From Trueperaceae bacterium (lineage in GTDB: Bacteria; Deinococcota; Deinococci; Deinococcales; Trueperaceae), in assembly GCA_965213925.1 (NCBI GenBank), contig OZ243927.1, positions 128,001 through 192,000 on the forward strand: 64,000 nucleotides of DNA. Direction: 5' to 3'. Positions 36,349-46,239 of this stretch are shown in pieces; positions within the stretch are counted from its first letter, which is position 1, and each line of letters begins with the position of its first letter. The position numbers and the translations under genes were made by a program. The notes below the pieces were generated by a model. It was not told where the DNA came from. It was given only the letters and a program-made list of their open reading frames with translations, and did no database searches.

Positions 36349-36991
36349 CCTATTCAAAAGAAACCATCGAAGCTTTCGGGGGGTCTCGACAGCCTCCGCC
36401 GCCGACGTCATCGAACAGGGCGCTAACCGAAAGGGCTACATGCACAGCAGCATAGAGGCGCGCGTCAACGACAGGGAAATTGTCAGCCCCGAGGTGACCG
36501 TGGCAGAAGGCCCCGCCGATGAGGCCGTGCCGCCGACTCACGCGCTCGGCCTCATTGATGAGTCGAACGAGGGAGACGTCATCGGCATCGGTGGGGAGAG
36601 CGAGGTCGCTGTTTGGGGCGGACTCATGACGGCGGGCGCAGCAGTCAACGGCTTAGCGGGCGCGATTCTAGACGGCGGCGTCCGGGACATCACCGAGATC
36701 AAACGCGACCACGACTTCCCGGTTTTCGCCCGCAGCGTCTCGCCGGGCACGACCGTGGGCCGCTTCAAAACGCTCTCGAAAAACGAGCCCGTCACCTGCG
36801 GCGACGTCGAGGTCCAGCCGGACGACCTCATCGTGGCCGATACCGCTGGCGTCGTTGTCGTGCCCAAAGACCACGTCGGTGCGGTGCGTAAGGCCGCGCA
36901 GGAGAGCGAGCAGAAGGAGGCGGAGCAGGCGAAGTGTATCCGCGAGTCGGGCTCGCTCCGCGGCGGCCTCGCCAAATACCAGCGCATCTGA
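36345..36991 (+). pseudogene. RraA/HMG aldolase-like gene with a frameshift near its 5' end
   Basis: ATG at 36345 (MTYSKETIEAF) is out of frame with STASAADV...WGGLM...DGGVRD...DDLIVAD; break at G run 36378-36383. Confidence 0.7.
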
Positions 36992-37914
36992 TGCCCGAGT
37001 TGCTCTCCTTAGGCGAGCCTATGCTCGAATTCGCGCAGGTCGAGCGTGAGGGTCGCCCTGTCTACCTGCAGGGCTTCGGCGGCGACACCTCGAATATGGC
37101 GGTCGCCGCCGCCCGGCAGGGTGCCGACGTCGGTATCATGACGCGGATCGGACAAGACCCCTTCGGCGACGCGTTCATGGGGCTCTGGCAACGCGAAAAG
37201 ATCGACGTTTCTCGCGTCACACGTGACGCGTCGCACCCCACCGGTGTCTATTTCATTACCTATTCGGGTCAGGGGCACGACTTCACCTACTACCGGCGGG
37301 GGTCGGCGGCGAGTCAGCTTCAGCCGGGCGACATCAAAGCTGGGCACCTGGAGGGCGTCAAAGTGCTACATCTTTCAGGGATCAGTCAAGCGATTAGCCA
37401 GAGCGCTTGCGACGCGACGTTCAAGGCGCTCGAGCTTGCTAAGGAACACGGCGTTAAGGTGTCCTATGACACCAACCTACGCCTCAAGCTCTGGCCCGTG
37501 CACCGAGCCAGGGCAGTGACCTTCGAAACGGTTCGCTACTGCGACTACTGCTTGCCGAGCTTGGAGGACGCGACTACATTGACGGGCGTCAACGACCCAG
37601 AGGCGATTGTTGACTTTTTTTTAGACAAGGGTGCGGCGTCTGTGGTGTTGAAGCTAGGCGCGGACGGCGCACTTGTAAGCGACAGCCGCCAGAGAGAACT
37701 TATACCCGCTCACAGCGTTGAGGTAGTGGACGCGACGGGCGCAGGGGACACGTTTGACGGTGCGTTCATCGCCGGAGTCCTTCGCGGGCGCACCGTTTTC
37801 GACGCGGCTAGGACCGCGAACGCCGCCGCCGCGCTCTCAACGCGTGACCACGGCGCGGTCCACCCGATGCCTACGCGAGACGAGGTCGACAACTTTCTCA
37901 AATCGGTTGTCTGA
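36991..37914 (+). CDS. kdgK: 2-keto-3-deoxygluconate kinase (PfkB family)
   Basis: LGEPMLEF, GGDTSN, YDTNLRLKLW, DATGAGDTF; ATG overlaps the previous stop. Confidence 0.85.
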   Translation: MPELLSLGEPMLEFAQVEREGRPVYLQGFGGDTSNMAVAAARQGADVGIMTRIGQDPFGDAFMGLWQREKIDVSRVTRDASHPTGVYFITYSGQGHDFTYYRRGSAASQLQPGDIKAGHLEGVKVLHLSGISQAISQSACDATFKALELAKEHGVKVSYDTNLRLKLWPVHRARAVTFETVRYCDYCLPSLEDATTLTGVNDPEAIVDFFLDKGAASVVLKLGADGALVSDSRQRELIPAHSVEVVDATGAGDTFDGAFIAGVLRGRTVFDAARTANAAAALSTRDHGAVHPMPTRDEVDNFLKSVV

Positions 37915-37924
37915 GACGTCCAAA

Positions 37925-38311
37925 TCGAGGGAGAGGTGTCACCAAGCTGAGCGAAATTCCAAACCACCTTTCAAGAATGGGTCGAGGGCACGCTCGGCTG
38001 GACCATTGAGAGTGCGCAGCTTACGAAGTTTTGCCTCCGGCAAACGCCTACGCAGGTATCGGGAGCTTCTGGCTCCTCGAAGGGCAAAAATTCACACCTA
38101 AGCGGCCATGCTCAAAGGCAACCGCACCTTCAAGGTGTTGCCGAGAAGATGGGTCGTAGAAAGAACGTTTACTTGGATTAGTCGTTATAGACGCCATAGC
38201 AAAGACTACGAACGCTTGCCCCGAAGCAGTGAAGCGCTCATCTACGCCGCTATGGTGCGCTCGGTGGTGACAAGGCTCGCAAAATCTAGGGTATACCCAG
38301 ACACCCTCTGA
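37925..38311 (+). mobile_element. IS5-family transposase 3' remnant
   Basis: [29 protein letters not shown] motif; ends with CCAGACACCCTCT, a possible right end; left boundary approximate. Confidence 0.8.
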
Positions 38312-38533
38312 CACTTTTCTGACAGAGTCAGGGTGTTACACTGCGCAAACATAGGGGGTAACACCTCGGTAAAGTGTAGCGGTTTTCAAAGTCACCGAGC
38401 TTGTATCACGTAAGTATAATCATCACAAGTGCGTGCTAGGCGATGTTATACATAGTGAGCGTGTTTGTGACTGGAGAAAGTGCCCTAGCCGGGGCATACC
38501 TGCTATACGCCTAGAATGATGTGGAGGAGAGAG

Positions 38534-39097
38534 ATGGATATCTACAGAATGATCGGGCGCAACATCGAAGTGACGGACGCCATGCGCAGCTACACCGAGG
38601 AGAAGCTCAGCAAGCTCGACCACTTCTCGAACCGTGTAGTAGACGCCAAAGTCGTCATCTCTTACGCGGCGGACGGCGACGCAGCGCAGCCCGCCAAGGT
38701 CGAGGTGCAGCTCAATATCCCGCACGGCATCGTGCGCGCTGAGGAGAGCGGGCAGGACGCTTACGCTGCGGTGGATAAGGTCGTGGATAAGCTCGGGCGT
38801 CAACTCAGGCGCTTTAAGGAGCGCAAGATCGCCCGCCGCACCGACGCTTCCCCGCCACCGCCCGCCGACCCCGTCGACTTGCCTCCTTTAGACGACGAGG
38901 ACGAGGTCGAATACGGTCCCAGCATCGCCCGCGTCAAGCGCCACGTGCTCCGCCCCATGTCACCCGAGGACGCCGCCATGCAGATGGAGGCGCTAGGTCA
39001 CACCTTCTTCATGTTTCGCAACATGGAAACCGAAGAGATCAACGTGATCTACCTGCGGCACGACGGAGACTACGGGCTGATCGAGCCGGGTAATTAA
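38534..39097 (+). CDS. hpf: Ribosome hibernation promoting factor, long form
   Basis: GRNIEVTDAMRSY, DAYAAVD, PMSPEDAAMQMEALGHTFFMF...YGLIEP; GGAGGA RBS. Confidence 0.92.
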   Translation: MDIYRMIGRNIEVTDAMRSYTEEKLSKLDHFSNRVVDAKVVISYAADGDAAQPAKVEVQLNIPHGIVRAEESGQDAYAAVDKVVDKLGRQLRRFKERKIARRTDASPPPPADPVDLPPLDDEDEVEYGPSIARVKRHVLRPMSPEDAAMQMEALGHTFFMFRNMETEEINVIYLRHDGDYGLIEPGN

Positions 39098-39100
39098 ACT

Positions 39101-39179
39101 GTAGGGGGCATCTATGAATGCCCCTACTCTGTAAGGCGTATAGGGGCGACTCATACGGTAATCTAAATTGCGCCCCTAC
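39101..39179. repeat. Pair of GTAG-type REP-like palindromes
   Basis: GTAGGGGGCAT...ATGCCCCTAC (39101-39127) and TAGGGGCG...CGCCCCTAC (39141-39179). Confidence 0.65.
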
Positions 39180-39793
39180 TCTCTTAGCACCGTGCCGCTC
39201 GGCAGCGCGTAGAGCGCCCGTAAGGTCGCTACGTCGCGCTCGGTTATCTCGCCGCTCGGTACGGCGCTGAGCGCGTCTCCTTCGAAGGGGCTGCGCCCGA
39301 AAAGACCCAGCGCGTGTCCGACTTGCAGCGCAGCGAAGCGGTAGAGCGCCTCCGGCTCGGTGGTGGGGTCTAGGATGACGCTCGTCGCGCGGTAGTCGTA
39401 GCGACCATCTGCCCCGACGCTAAAAGCGTAGCGGTACGATCCCGCGGCGCCCTCTAAAGGCTCCCAGTTCACGACCAACGCGGTCTCGCTCGGCTCCTCT
39501 ACAAACTCGAAGCTGACGATGTCTGGCGCAGCCTCCTCCCACGCCTCGAACGCGCGACGCACCTCGGCTTGCGCTTGACCTTGTGAAGCCGCCCAAGAGG
39601 GCGACGGGATAAAGACCTCGACGGGGAAATCCTCCAGTTGGTAGCGCAGCAACCGTGACTCACCGCGCGTCGTCTCGGGGTCGGTACCGTTTTCGCTCAG
39701 GTAGGTTTCCGCTTGAGCGAACGTCGCCGCGCCGAGACTGTGTCCTAATAATAAGAGCGTCAATACCACACGTTTGATCATCGCGACTTTCAC
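39176..39793 (-). CDS. Secreted matrixin-like protein with a degenerate zinc motif
   Basis: Signal peptide; VRRAFEAWE, LQVGHALGL, ITERDVATLRALY. Confidence 0.65.
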   Translation of the reverse strand: MKVAMIKRVVLTLLLLGHSLGAATFAQAETYLSENGTDPETTRGESRLLRYQLEDFPVEVFIPSPSWAASQGQAQAEVRRAFEAWEEAAPDIVSFEFVEEPSETALVVNWEPLEGAAGSYRYAFSVGADGRYDYRATSVILDPTTEPEALYRFAALQVGHALGLFGRSPFEGDALSAVPSGEITERDVATLRALYALPSGTVLRE

Positions 39794-39964
39794 ATCCTCC
39801 GCTGTTCTTCATAATGTCAGCGTGAAGAACGGTTCCCAGTGTAACGAGGTCAGGTGAGAAAGCGCGAAACGCACGCGCAACTTCTCTACAGCGGTGTAAC
39901 ACGTTTTGGACGCGAAGCCCGTAGGCAGAGGGTGCGCTATCTGCGTATAGACCGAGACACCTTC

Positions 39965-40630
39965 TTACGTGACTGAACGTGCCTCCCTCGAGTCTGTAAG
40001 CGCGCGCACCACCAGAGCGCCGAAGACAAACCCGCCCACATGCGCCCACCACGCCACCCCGCTGATCGCCGAGGCGGAGACTAGCGCGCCGCCCACCGCC
40101 TGCACGACCTGGATGAGCGCCCAGTAACCCAAGTAGAGCCAGGCGGGGAGCCAAAAGATGAAAAAGGGCGGAATAAAGGTCAGCACGCGCATCCGCGGGA
40201 AGAGGATGATGTACGCCCCCAGCACCGCGCTAATCGCCCCCGACGCGCCGATCATCGGCACCTCCGAGCTGGTCATAAAAAGCCCGTGCGCGAGCGTCGC
40301 GGCGACCCCGCCTACGAGATAAAACAGCAGAAAGGTCATGTGACCCATGCGGTCTTCGATGTTGTCGCCGAAAACGTACAGAAAAAACATGTTGCCGAGA
40401 ATGTGCGTGAAGCCGCCGTGTAAAAAGAGGCTGGTCAGCAGGCGGTAGCTTTCGCCTATAGGGTTACTAAAGAAGAGGTCGGGAATGAAGCCGTAAGCGA
40501 AGACGAACGCTCTCGCCTCGCCCTGAGAAAAGGTCAAACCGTAGAGAAAGACGAGAATGTTGAGAAGGAGCAGAGTGTAGCCGACATAAGGGGTGCGGTG
40601 AACGGGATTGGCGTCGCGGAGCGGAAACAT
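39965..40630 (-). CDS. Rhomboid family intramembrane serine protease
   Basis: FLHGGFTHILGNM, GASGAIS, WWAHVGG. Confidence 0.92.
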   Translation of the reverse strand: MFPLRDANPVHRTPYVGYTLLLLNILVFLYGLTFSQGEARAFVFAYGFIPDLFFSNPIGESYRLLTSLFLHGGFTHILGNMFFLYVFGDNIEDRMGHMTFLLFYLVGGVAATLAHGLFMTSSEVPMIGASGAISAVLGAYIILFPRMRVLTFIPPFFIFWLPAWLYLGYWALIQVVQAVGGALVSASAISGVAWWAHVGGFVFGALVVRALTDSREARSVT

Positions 40631-40730
40631 GGTTTAGGCTAACAGAGCACCCAAAAGAGGTCAGTGACGTGGAGATGTGGGGCGGGAGACTCGAGGCATT
40701 CTATCCAGCCGACTTACGGGCTCCGTTGCA

Positions 40731-41402
40731 CTACACAACTTGACGGCGCGAGGCTCTCTCTAAGGTCTGCCGCAACTTGACGATACTGTCCGCCGGATAC
40801 ACGCCGCGCAGCATCGCGCCGTTATAGACCGTCGTGCGCGGTCCGATGAGCGTGCCCGGCGCGAGCACCGCGTTGCAACCTACCGAAACGTCATCGCCTA
40901 GCGCCGCGCTAAACTTACGCAGTCCCGTGTCCGTCTCGCCGACTTTGACGCTCGCGCCGATCGTCTTGAGGTTGGCGAGCTTAACGCCCGCGCCTAGGTT
41001 GGCATTGCGCCCGAGCACCGCGTCACCGACGTAGTTGAAGTGCGGCGCTTTGGCTCCTGCTAAAAAGAGCGAGCGCTTAACCTCGGAAGCGTGACCGACC
41101 TTGACGTTCGGACCGAGCACGGTCGTGGCTCTCACGTACGCGGCGTGCCCGACCTCCGCGCCCTCCCCTATCCACGCTGGACCTTGCACGTAAGCGTAGG
41201 GGCCGATAACGGCTCCTTCAGCGAGGTAGACCTCGCCCTCCACGACGGCTGACGGATGCACCTCACCACGCAGGTCGCGGCGCACCCCTAGGGCGAAGCG
41301 GTCGAGCTGCGCCAAGACTTCCCAAGGGTACTCGGTGTCCAAGAGCGCGAGTAGCGGCGGCGCAACCTCCGTCAGGTCGAAAAGCTCGGCGGTCTTTAAC
41401 AT
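40731..41402 (-). CDS. Left-handed beta-helix acyltransferase (GlmU C-terminal-like)
   Basis: Hexapeptide repeats; APHFNYVGD, NLGAG, GLRKF. Confidence 0.82.
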   Translation of the reverse strand: MLKTAELFDLTEVAPPLLALLDTEYPWEVLAQLDRFALGVRRDLRGEVHPSAVVEGEVYLAEGAVIGPYAYVQGPAWIGEGAEVGHAAYVRATTVLGPNVKVGHASEVKRSLFLAGAKAPHFNYVGDAVLGRNANLGAGVKLANLKTIGASVKVGETDTGLRKFSAALGDDVSVGCNAVLAPGTLIGPRTTVYNGAMLRGVYPADSIVKLRQTLERASRRQVV

Positions 41403-41505
41403 GCGCTAGTTTACCGCGCGGCGCGTCTCTCGCTAGAGGAGCGCACGGCACAATCTAGGGCTGTGGAGGTCGCCGCGCTCAAGAGGTACAATCGGGTCGC
41501 CCGTC

Positions 41506-42399
41506 ATGACGTACCCTATACACCTCATCGTCAACCCGGTCGCTGGACGCGGGCGCAGTTTGCGGCAGCTCGGGCGCGTGCGCGCCGACCTCGAGCGGCA
41601 GAGCGTCGCCCATCACGTCCACTTTACCCGCGCGCCCGGCCACGCTTCTCACATCGCCGCCGCCCTACCCGGAGACGCGACGGTGCTCGTTTCGGGCGGC
41701 GACGGCACCCTCCACGAGGTCGCTTCGGCGTGTCTTCACACCGAGCGCACGCTGGGTGTCATACCGGGCGGCACCGGTGACGACTTCGCGGCGGCGCTGG
41801 GTCTAGGGCGGCGCTCGCTCGAGGAGGCGTTGGCGCACGCCCTCTCGGGTCGCAGTGTGCGAGTCGATACCGCTACGGTCAACGGCGAAGGGTTTATCAA
41901 CGCGCTCGGCACCGGCTTCGACGCACAAGTTGCCTATAACTTCAGACGCGCTCCCAATCTGCTAAGGTCGCGCGCCGCTTATCTCTACGCCGTCGCCCTC
42001 ACCCTGCGCACCTTGCAGCGTCAGCAGGTCGAGGTCACCGTAGACGGCTCGTCCTTCTACCGGGGGCCCGCGCTGCTCACCTCGGTCCAGAACGGTCCGC
42101 GTACGGGTGGCAGCTTCGTGTTTGCGCCCGACGCGAGCCTCACCGACGGACGCCTAAACGTGGTCGTCGCGGGACGCATCGGGGTTAAAGATGTGCTCGC
42201 CCTCTTGCCGAGAGTGTTGCGGGGTGAACGTCTGGACCACCCCGAAGTGTACGAAGTGACGGGCGAGCGCATCACGATTTACTGGGAAGAGGCGACGGTC
42301 GCGCACATGGAGGGGCAGCTTCTGCAAGCGCAGAAGCGGTTCGAGGTAGAGGTCGCGCCGCGCTCCCTGCGGGTGCTGCACCGCACGGTCTCCGAGTAA
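41506..42399 (+). CDS. Diacylglycerol/lipid kinase family (YegS/BmrU)
   Basis: NPVAG, GGDGTLHE, PGGTGDDFA, GTGFDA. Confidence 0.88.
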   Translation: MTYPIHLIVNPVAGRGRSLRQLGRVRADLERQSVAHHVHFTRAPGHASHIAAALPGDATVLVSGGDGTLHEVASACLHTERTLGVIPGGTGDDFAAALGLGRRSLEEALAHALSGRSVRVDTATVNGEGFINALGTGFDAQVAYNFRRAPNLLRSRAAYLYAVALTLRTLQRQQVEVTVDGSSFYRGPALLTSVQNGPRTGGSFVFAPDASLTDGRLNVVVAGRIGVKDVLALLPRVLRGERLDHPEVYEVTGERITIYWEEATVAHMEGQLLQAQKRFEVEVAPRSLRVLHRTVSE

Positions 42400-42407
42400 G
42401 GCGCGCG

Positions 42408-44078
42408 TCAGCTTTCTTCGCAAAAGGGTGACGTTGAGTCACGTGTCAGACGCAAAACGAGCCCTTCGTTGGCAGAGAGGTCAAGCTTAGCGAGTTCGAC
42501 CTCTCCTTGTCGTGACCTGTGGCTCGAGACCGCCACCACCGCTCGAGCATCGTAGCGCGGGAGGGATAGCTCGAGCTGATGCTGATTCCCGCTTAGATTC
42601 AGCACGATCAAGAAGCTGTCCGCGTCTTTCGCCGCGCGCACGTAGGCGAATACATCGCCGTCCGCTTCTCCTACCGCCACCTCCTCGTAACCGCCGATAC
42701 TGAGCGCGGGTTCGCCCCTCCGCAGTTTAGTCAGCGTTGTAAATAGGGAGAGCATCGACGCGTCGTCATCCGTTTGAGCCTCGACGTTATTCTCCTCAAA
42801 GTCATCCGCGAGCGGCAACCACGGCTCCGCCTCTTTACCTGTAAACCCTGCGTTCGGCGAAGCGTCCCACTGCATCGGCGTGCGCTCGGGGTCGCGCCCC
42901 AAGAGGTGCGCCACCTCGGGCTGGTTCACGGCGGGCGGGTCTTTGACTTTGTCGGCGGGAATCTCGACGTCACGCATCCCGATCTCTTCGCCGTAATAGA
43001 CAAAGGGCGTGCCGTGCAGCGTGAGGAGCAGCATCTGCGCCACCCTCGCCTGCTCCCTTCCGACCCGCGTCGCCACGCGGTGCTGGTCATGGTTGCCTAA
43101 AACGTAGTTGGGCCACGCGCCGGGCGGCAGATACGCTTCGTAACGCTCCACGATGCGGCGCACGGTGGGCGCGTTCCAGTCGTTGTAGATGAAGTTAAAG
43201 TTGAACGGCAGATGGCACTCGTCGGCGAGGCCGTAGTATGCCATCAAGGTCTCATCGAACAGAAACATCTCACCGATGAGCACGCGCTCACGACCCGGCG
43301 CGCTGTAGCTATCCACCACGCGCCGCATCTTTTTGATGAGCGTATGCACCTCGGGCTGGTTACGCGAATAGATATGGTTCAGCTTGCCGTAAGGCTCGAC
43401 GCCGTCCCACATCTTGTTCTCAGGTTCGTCGCGGAGATGTGGGTCTTGGAGCATAAACTCGATGACGTCCACCCGAAAGCCGTCTACACCCTTGCCGAGC
43501 CAGAACTGCATCGTTTCAAAGAGGGCACTTTCCACCTCGGGGTTGTGATAGTTGAGGTCGGGCTGTCTATATTCGAAGCTGTGGAGGTAGTATTGACCTC
43601 TCGCCTCATCAAAGGTCCAAGCGGAGCCGCCGAAGCAGGAGAGCCAGTTGTTAGGCGGACCGCCGTCCGCCCCCCCATCGCGCCAGATGTACCAGTCAGA
43701 CCGAGCGTTATCCCGACTTTGGCGCGACTCCTGAAACCAGGCATGCTCCGTGGAGGTGTGGTTTGGGACGAGGTCTAAGATCAGCTTGAGCCCCCGTTTA
43801 TGTACCTCGTCTAAAAGCGCGTCGAAATCCTCCACCGTGCCGAAAAGCGGATGGATGTCCACGTAATCCGCTACGTCGTAGCCGAAGTCGTGCATCGGGG
43901 AAGGGTAGATAGGCGAGAGCCAGATGGCGTCTACGCCTAAGGATTGGAGGTAGTCTAATCTACTCTGAATGCCCTTTAAGTCACCCACACCATCGTCATC
44001 GCTGTCTTGAAAGGAGCGCGGGTAGATTTGATAGACGATGCCAGTTTGCCACCAGCGGTGGTAGGTCAAATGAGCCAT
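42408..44078 (-). CDS. GH13 alpha-glucosidase
   Basis: WWQTGIVYQIYPRSFQDS, DLVPNHTS, GFRVDV, GNHD, GRDPERTPMQW; start moved to ATG at 44078 after AAGGG. Confidence 0.92.
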   Translation of the reverse strand: MAHLTYHRWWQTGIVYQIYPRSFQDSDDDGVGDLKGIQSRLDYLQSLGVDAIWLSPIYPSPMHDFGYDVADYVDIHPLFGTVEDFDALLDEVHKRGLKLILDLVPNHTSTEHAWFQESRQSRDNARSDWYIWRDGGADGGPPNNWLSCFGGSAWTFDEARGQYYLHSFEYRQPDLNYHNPEVESALFETMQFWLGKGVDGFRVDVIEFMLQDPHLRDEPENKMWDGVEPYGKLNHIYSRNQPEVHTLIKKMRRVVDSYSAPGRERVLIGEMFLFDETLMAYYGLADECHLPFNFNFIYNDWNAPTVRRIVERYEAYLPPGAWPNYVLGNHDQHRVATRVGREQARVAQMLLLTLHGTPFVYYGEEIGMRDVEIPADKVKDPPAVNQPEVAHLLGRDPERTPMQWDASPNAGFTGKEAEPWLPLADDFEENNVEAQTDDDASMLSLFTTLTKLRRGEPALSIGGYEEVAVGEADGDVFAYVRAAKDADSFLIVLNLSGNQHQLELSLPRYDARAVVAVSSHRSRQGEVELAKLDLSANEGLVLRLTRDSTSPFCEES

Positions 44079-44175
44079 CCCTTTTTGTACCAAAAAAGAA
44101 GGGGTGACATACATATCACCCCGGAATTTACCGTTTTTCCTAAGTTGCTAAAATGCTGACTAGCTGAGACGCTTT

Positions 44176-45021
44176 TTACCCCTTGACCGCCCCCGCCGTG
44201 AGCCCGTCAACAATGCGCCCTTGGAAAATCAGTACGAGCGCCACGAGCGGAATGGTTACAATCACCGCCGCCGCCATAATCTCGCCGAAGGGCTCTTGAC
44301 GTGAGACCTCCCCCGAAAAGAGCGCGATGGCAACGGGTACGGTTCGAGATTCAGGCGCTGTAACAGTAAAGGTCAGCGCGAAGAGGTATTCGTTCCACGC
44401 CTGGATAAAGGCTAAAAGCCCCGTCGTCACGAGCGCAGGAGCCGTCAGCGGTAAGAGCACCCGCCAGAAGGTCTGCATCATGTTCGCCCCGTCGACTTGC
44501 GCCGCTTGTAAGAGCGAGTCGGGCAGTCCTCTAAAGAACGAGGTCAAGACCCACACCGTGAAGGGCAATGTAAAGAGCATATACGACAAAATCATACTGA
44601 AGATCGGCGGCAACGAGAGGAGGCGAATCACCGCGTAAAGCCCCGCCAATACCGCGATTTGCGGAAACATGGTCATTGCCAAGATGACGTACAGAGAGGG
44701 CGACTTGCCGCGGAAGCGCATCTTGCCTAAGGCGTAGCCCGCGAAGGAGCCGACCAAAAGGCTCAGCACGGTGACGGAAAAAGCGACGATAGTGCTGTTT
44801 AAGAGCCCGCGCAAGAAGTCACCGCTTTGCAACACGGCTTGAAAGTTCTGCAGCGTTGGGTTGTGCGGATAGTACGTGGTGGGCGTGCGAATCAGTTCGC
44901 TCTCCGGTTTCAGCGCGGAGATCGTCGCCCAGTAAAAGGGGAACATCAGGTAGACGAAGATAATGAGAATGAGCAGCCAGAAAAAGATGCTGCCAATCAC
45001 TTTGCGTGTCTCTTTGCTCAT
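44176..45021 (-). CDS. Carbohydrate ABC transporter permease (MalG-like)
   Basis: AAQVDGA EAA loop, AWNEYLFA, GLTAGAVKG. Confidence 0.92.
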   Translation of the reverse strand: MSKETRKVIGSIFFWLLILIIFVYLMFPFYWATISALKPESELIRTPTTYYPHNPTLQNFQAVLQSGDFLRGLLNSTIVAFSVTVLSLLVGSFAGYALGKMRFRGKSPSLYVILAMTMFPQIAVLAGLYAVIRLLSLPPIFSMILSYMLFTLPFTVWVLTSFFRGLPDSLLQAAQVDGANMMQTFWRVLLPLTAPALVTTGLLAFIQAWNEYLFALTFTVTAPESRTVPVAIALFSGEVSRQEPFGEIMAAAVIVTIPLVALVLIFQGRIVDGLTAGAVKG

Positions 45022-46127
45022 GAGTCCTCAACTCCAAACGCGCGGGTATAGGCAATAGCAAAACCGAAGATGATGACGAAGATCACTACGCTCGCCGCCG
45101 ACGAAAGCCCGACTTGCTGCTGATTGATGAGCACGTCCTGGGCGTAACTCGCCATCGAGTAGCGCTGCCGCCCTAAGACCACCTGGAAAGCGTCGAAGAC
45201 GCGGAGGGCGTCCAGCGTGCGGAAGATGAGCGCGACGGCTAAAGTCGGCGCTACGAGTGGCAAGGTGATGGAGAAAAACTGCCGAACCGGGCTCGCGCCG
45301 TCCACTCTGGCGGCTTCGTAGAGTTCTTTAGGGATGGTCGCGAGACCTGCTAGGAGGAGCAGCGCCATAAAAGGCGTTGTCTTCCATACGTCCATCGCGA
45401 TCATGCTAGGAATTTGCCAGGTGGCGTCCTGGAAAAAGCCGATGTTACGCTCTGTCCAGCCCATATCTTGAAAAAAGGCGTTGAAAAAACCTGCGCGGGT
45501 GGACTGAAGCATCCATTCCCAAATACGCGCCGAGACGACGGTAATAACCGCCCAAGGCACGAGCATCGCCGCTCTCATAATGCCCTGTCCGACAAACTTG
45601 ACGGATAGTGCGAGCGCGATGATCATCCCTAAGACCGTCTCGAAAAACACTGAACCTACGGTGAACACGATCGTGTCCCACGTAGCGCGGATAAAGGCGG
45701 CGTTGGTTGCACCTAACGTATAGCGGTTGCCGAAGAGGTTAAATGCACCTACCGCGTCGTAGCGGCGGTTGGTGTCAAGGCGGCGCAAGAAGATGCGCTC
45801 GTTTTGGTACTCGACGTTGCCGTCTTCGTCTCTCACCACGCTGCCGTCGTCGTTCGTTTCGGCAGGGACTTGACGAAAGGTCACGCTTAAGAGATTGCTG
45901 TAGTTTTGGAATCCGACGAACTCTCCTTGGGCGCTGTCCCCTGCGGCGAAGCGCTGGTTGGTGAAGCTCGAGACGAACACCTGTCCCAGCGGGTAGATGC
46001 CGATGAGGAGCAGCACGATGAAGGTCGGGACCAGGAGCCACATCGCTGTGCGCTCTTCGCGCTTGGCTAACTCTGAGGTTCCGCCCTTAGACTTAGGCTG
46101 CTTCACAACCGTTACTTGTTCAGCCAC
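45018..46127 (-). CDS. Carbohydrate ABC transporter permease (MalF-like)
   Basis: WKTTPF, LYEAARVDGA, FRTLDALRVFD. Confidence 0.92.
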   Translation of the reverse strand: MAEQVTVVKQPKSKGGTSELAKREERTAMWLLVPTFIVLLLIGIYPLGQVFVSSFTNQRFAAGDSAQGEFVGFQNYSNLLSVTFRQVPAETNDDGSVVRDEDGNVEYQNERIFLRRLDTNRRYDAVGAFNLFGNRYTLGATNAAFIRATWDTIVFTVGSVFFETVLGMIIALALSVKFVGQGIMRAAMLVPWAVITVVSARIWEWMLQSTRAGFFNAFFQDMGWTERNIGFFQDATWQIPSMIAMDVWKTTPFMALLLLAGLATIPKELYEAARVDGASPVRQFFSITLPLVAPTLAVALIFRTLDALRVFDAFQVVLGRQRYSMASYAQDVLINQQQVGLSSAASVVIFVIIFGFAIAYTRAFGVEDS

Positions 46128-46173
46128 GAAAATACCTCCTTTTTAGATAGCATTCATCTTACCTCTAAAAACA

Positions 46174-46204
46174 AACCGAACTGAGCATTGCGCCCAGTTC
46201 GGTT
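46174..46204 (-). terminator. Intercistronic hairpin after the binding-protein gene
   Basis: AACCGAACTG...CAGTTCGGTT; T-rich tail on the minus strand. Confidence 0.6.
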
Positions 46205-46239
46205 CTCAAAGCGTTTAGTTTACCACGCCGCACACGCTG

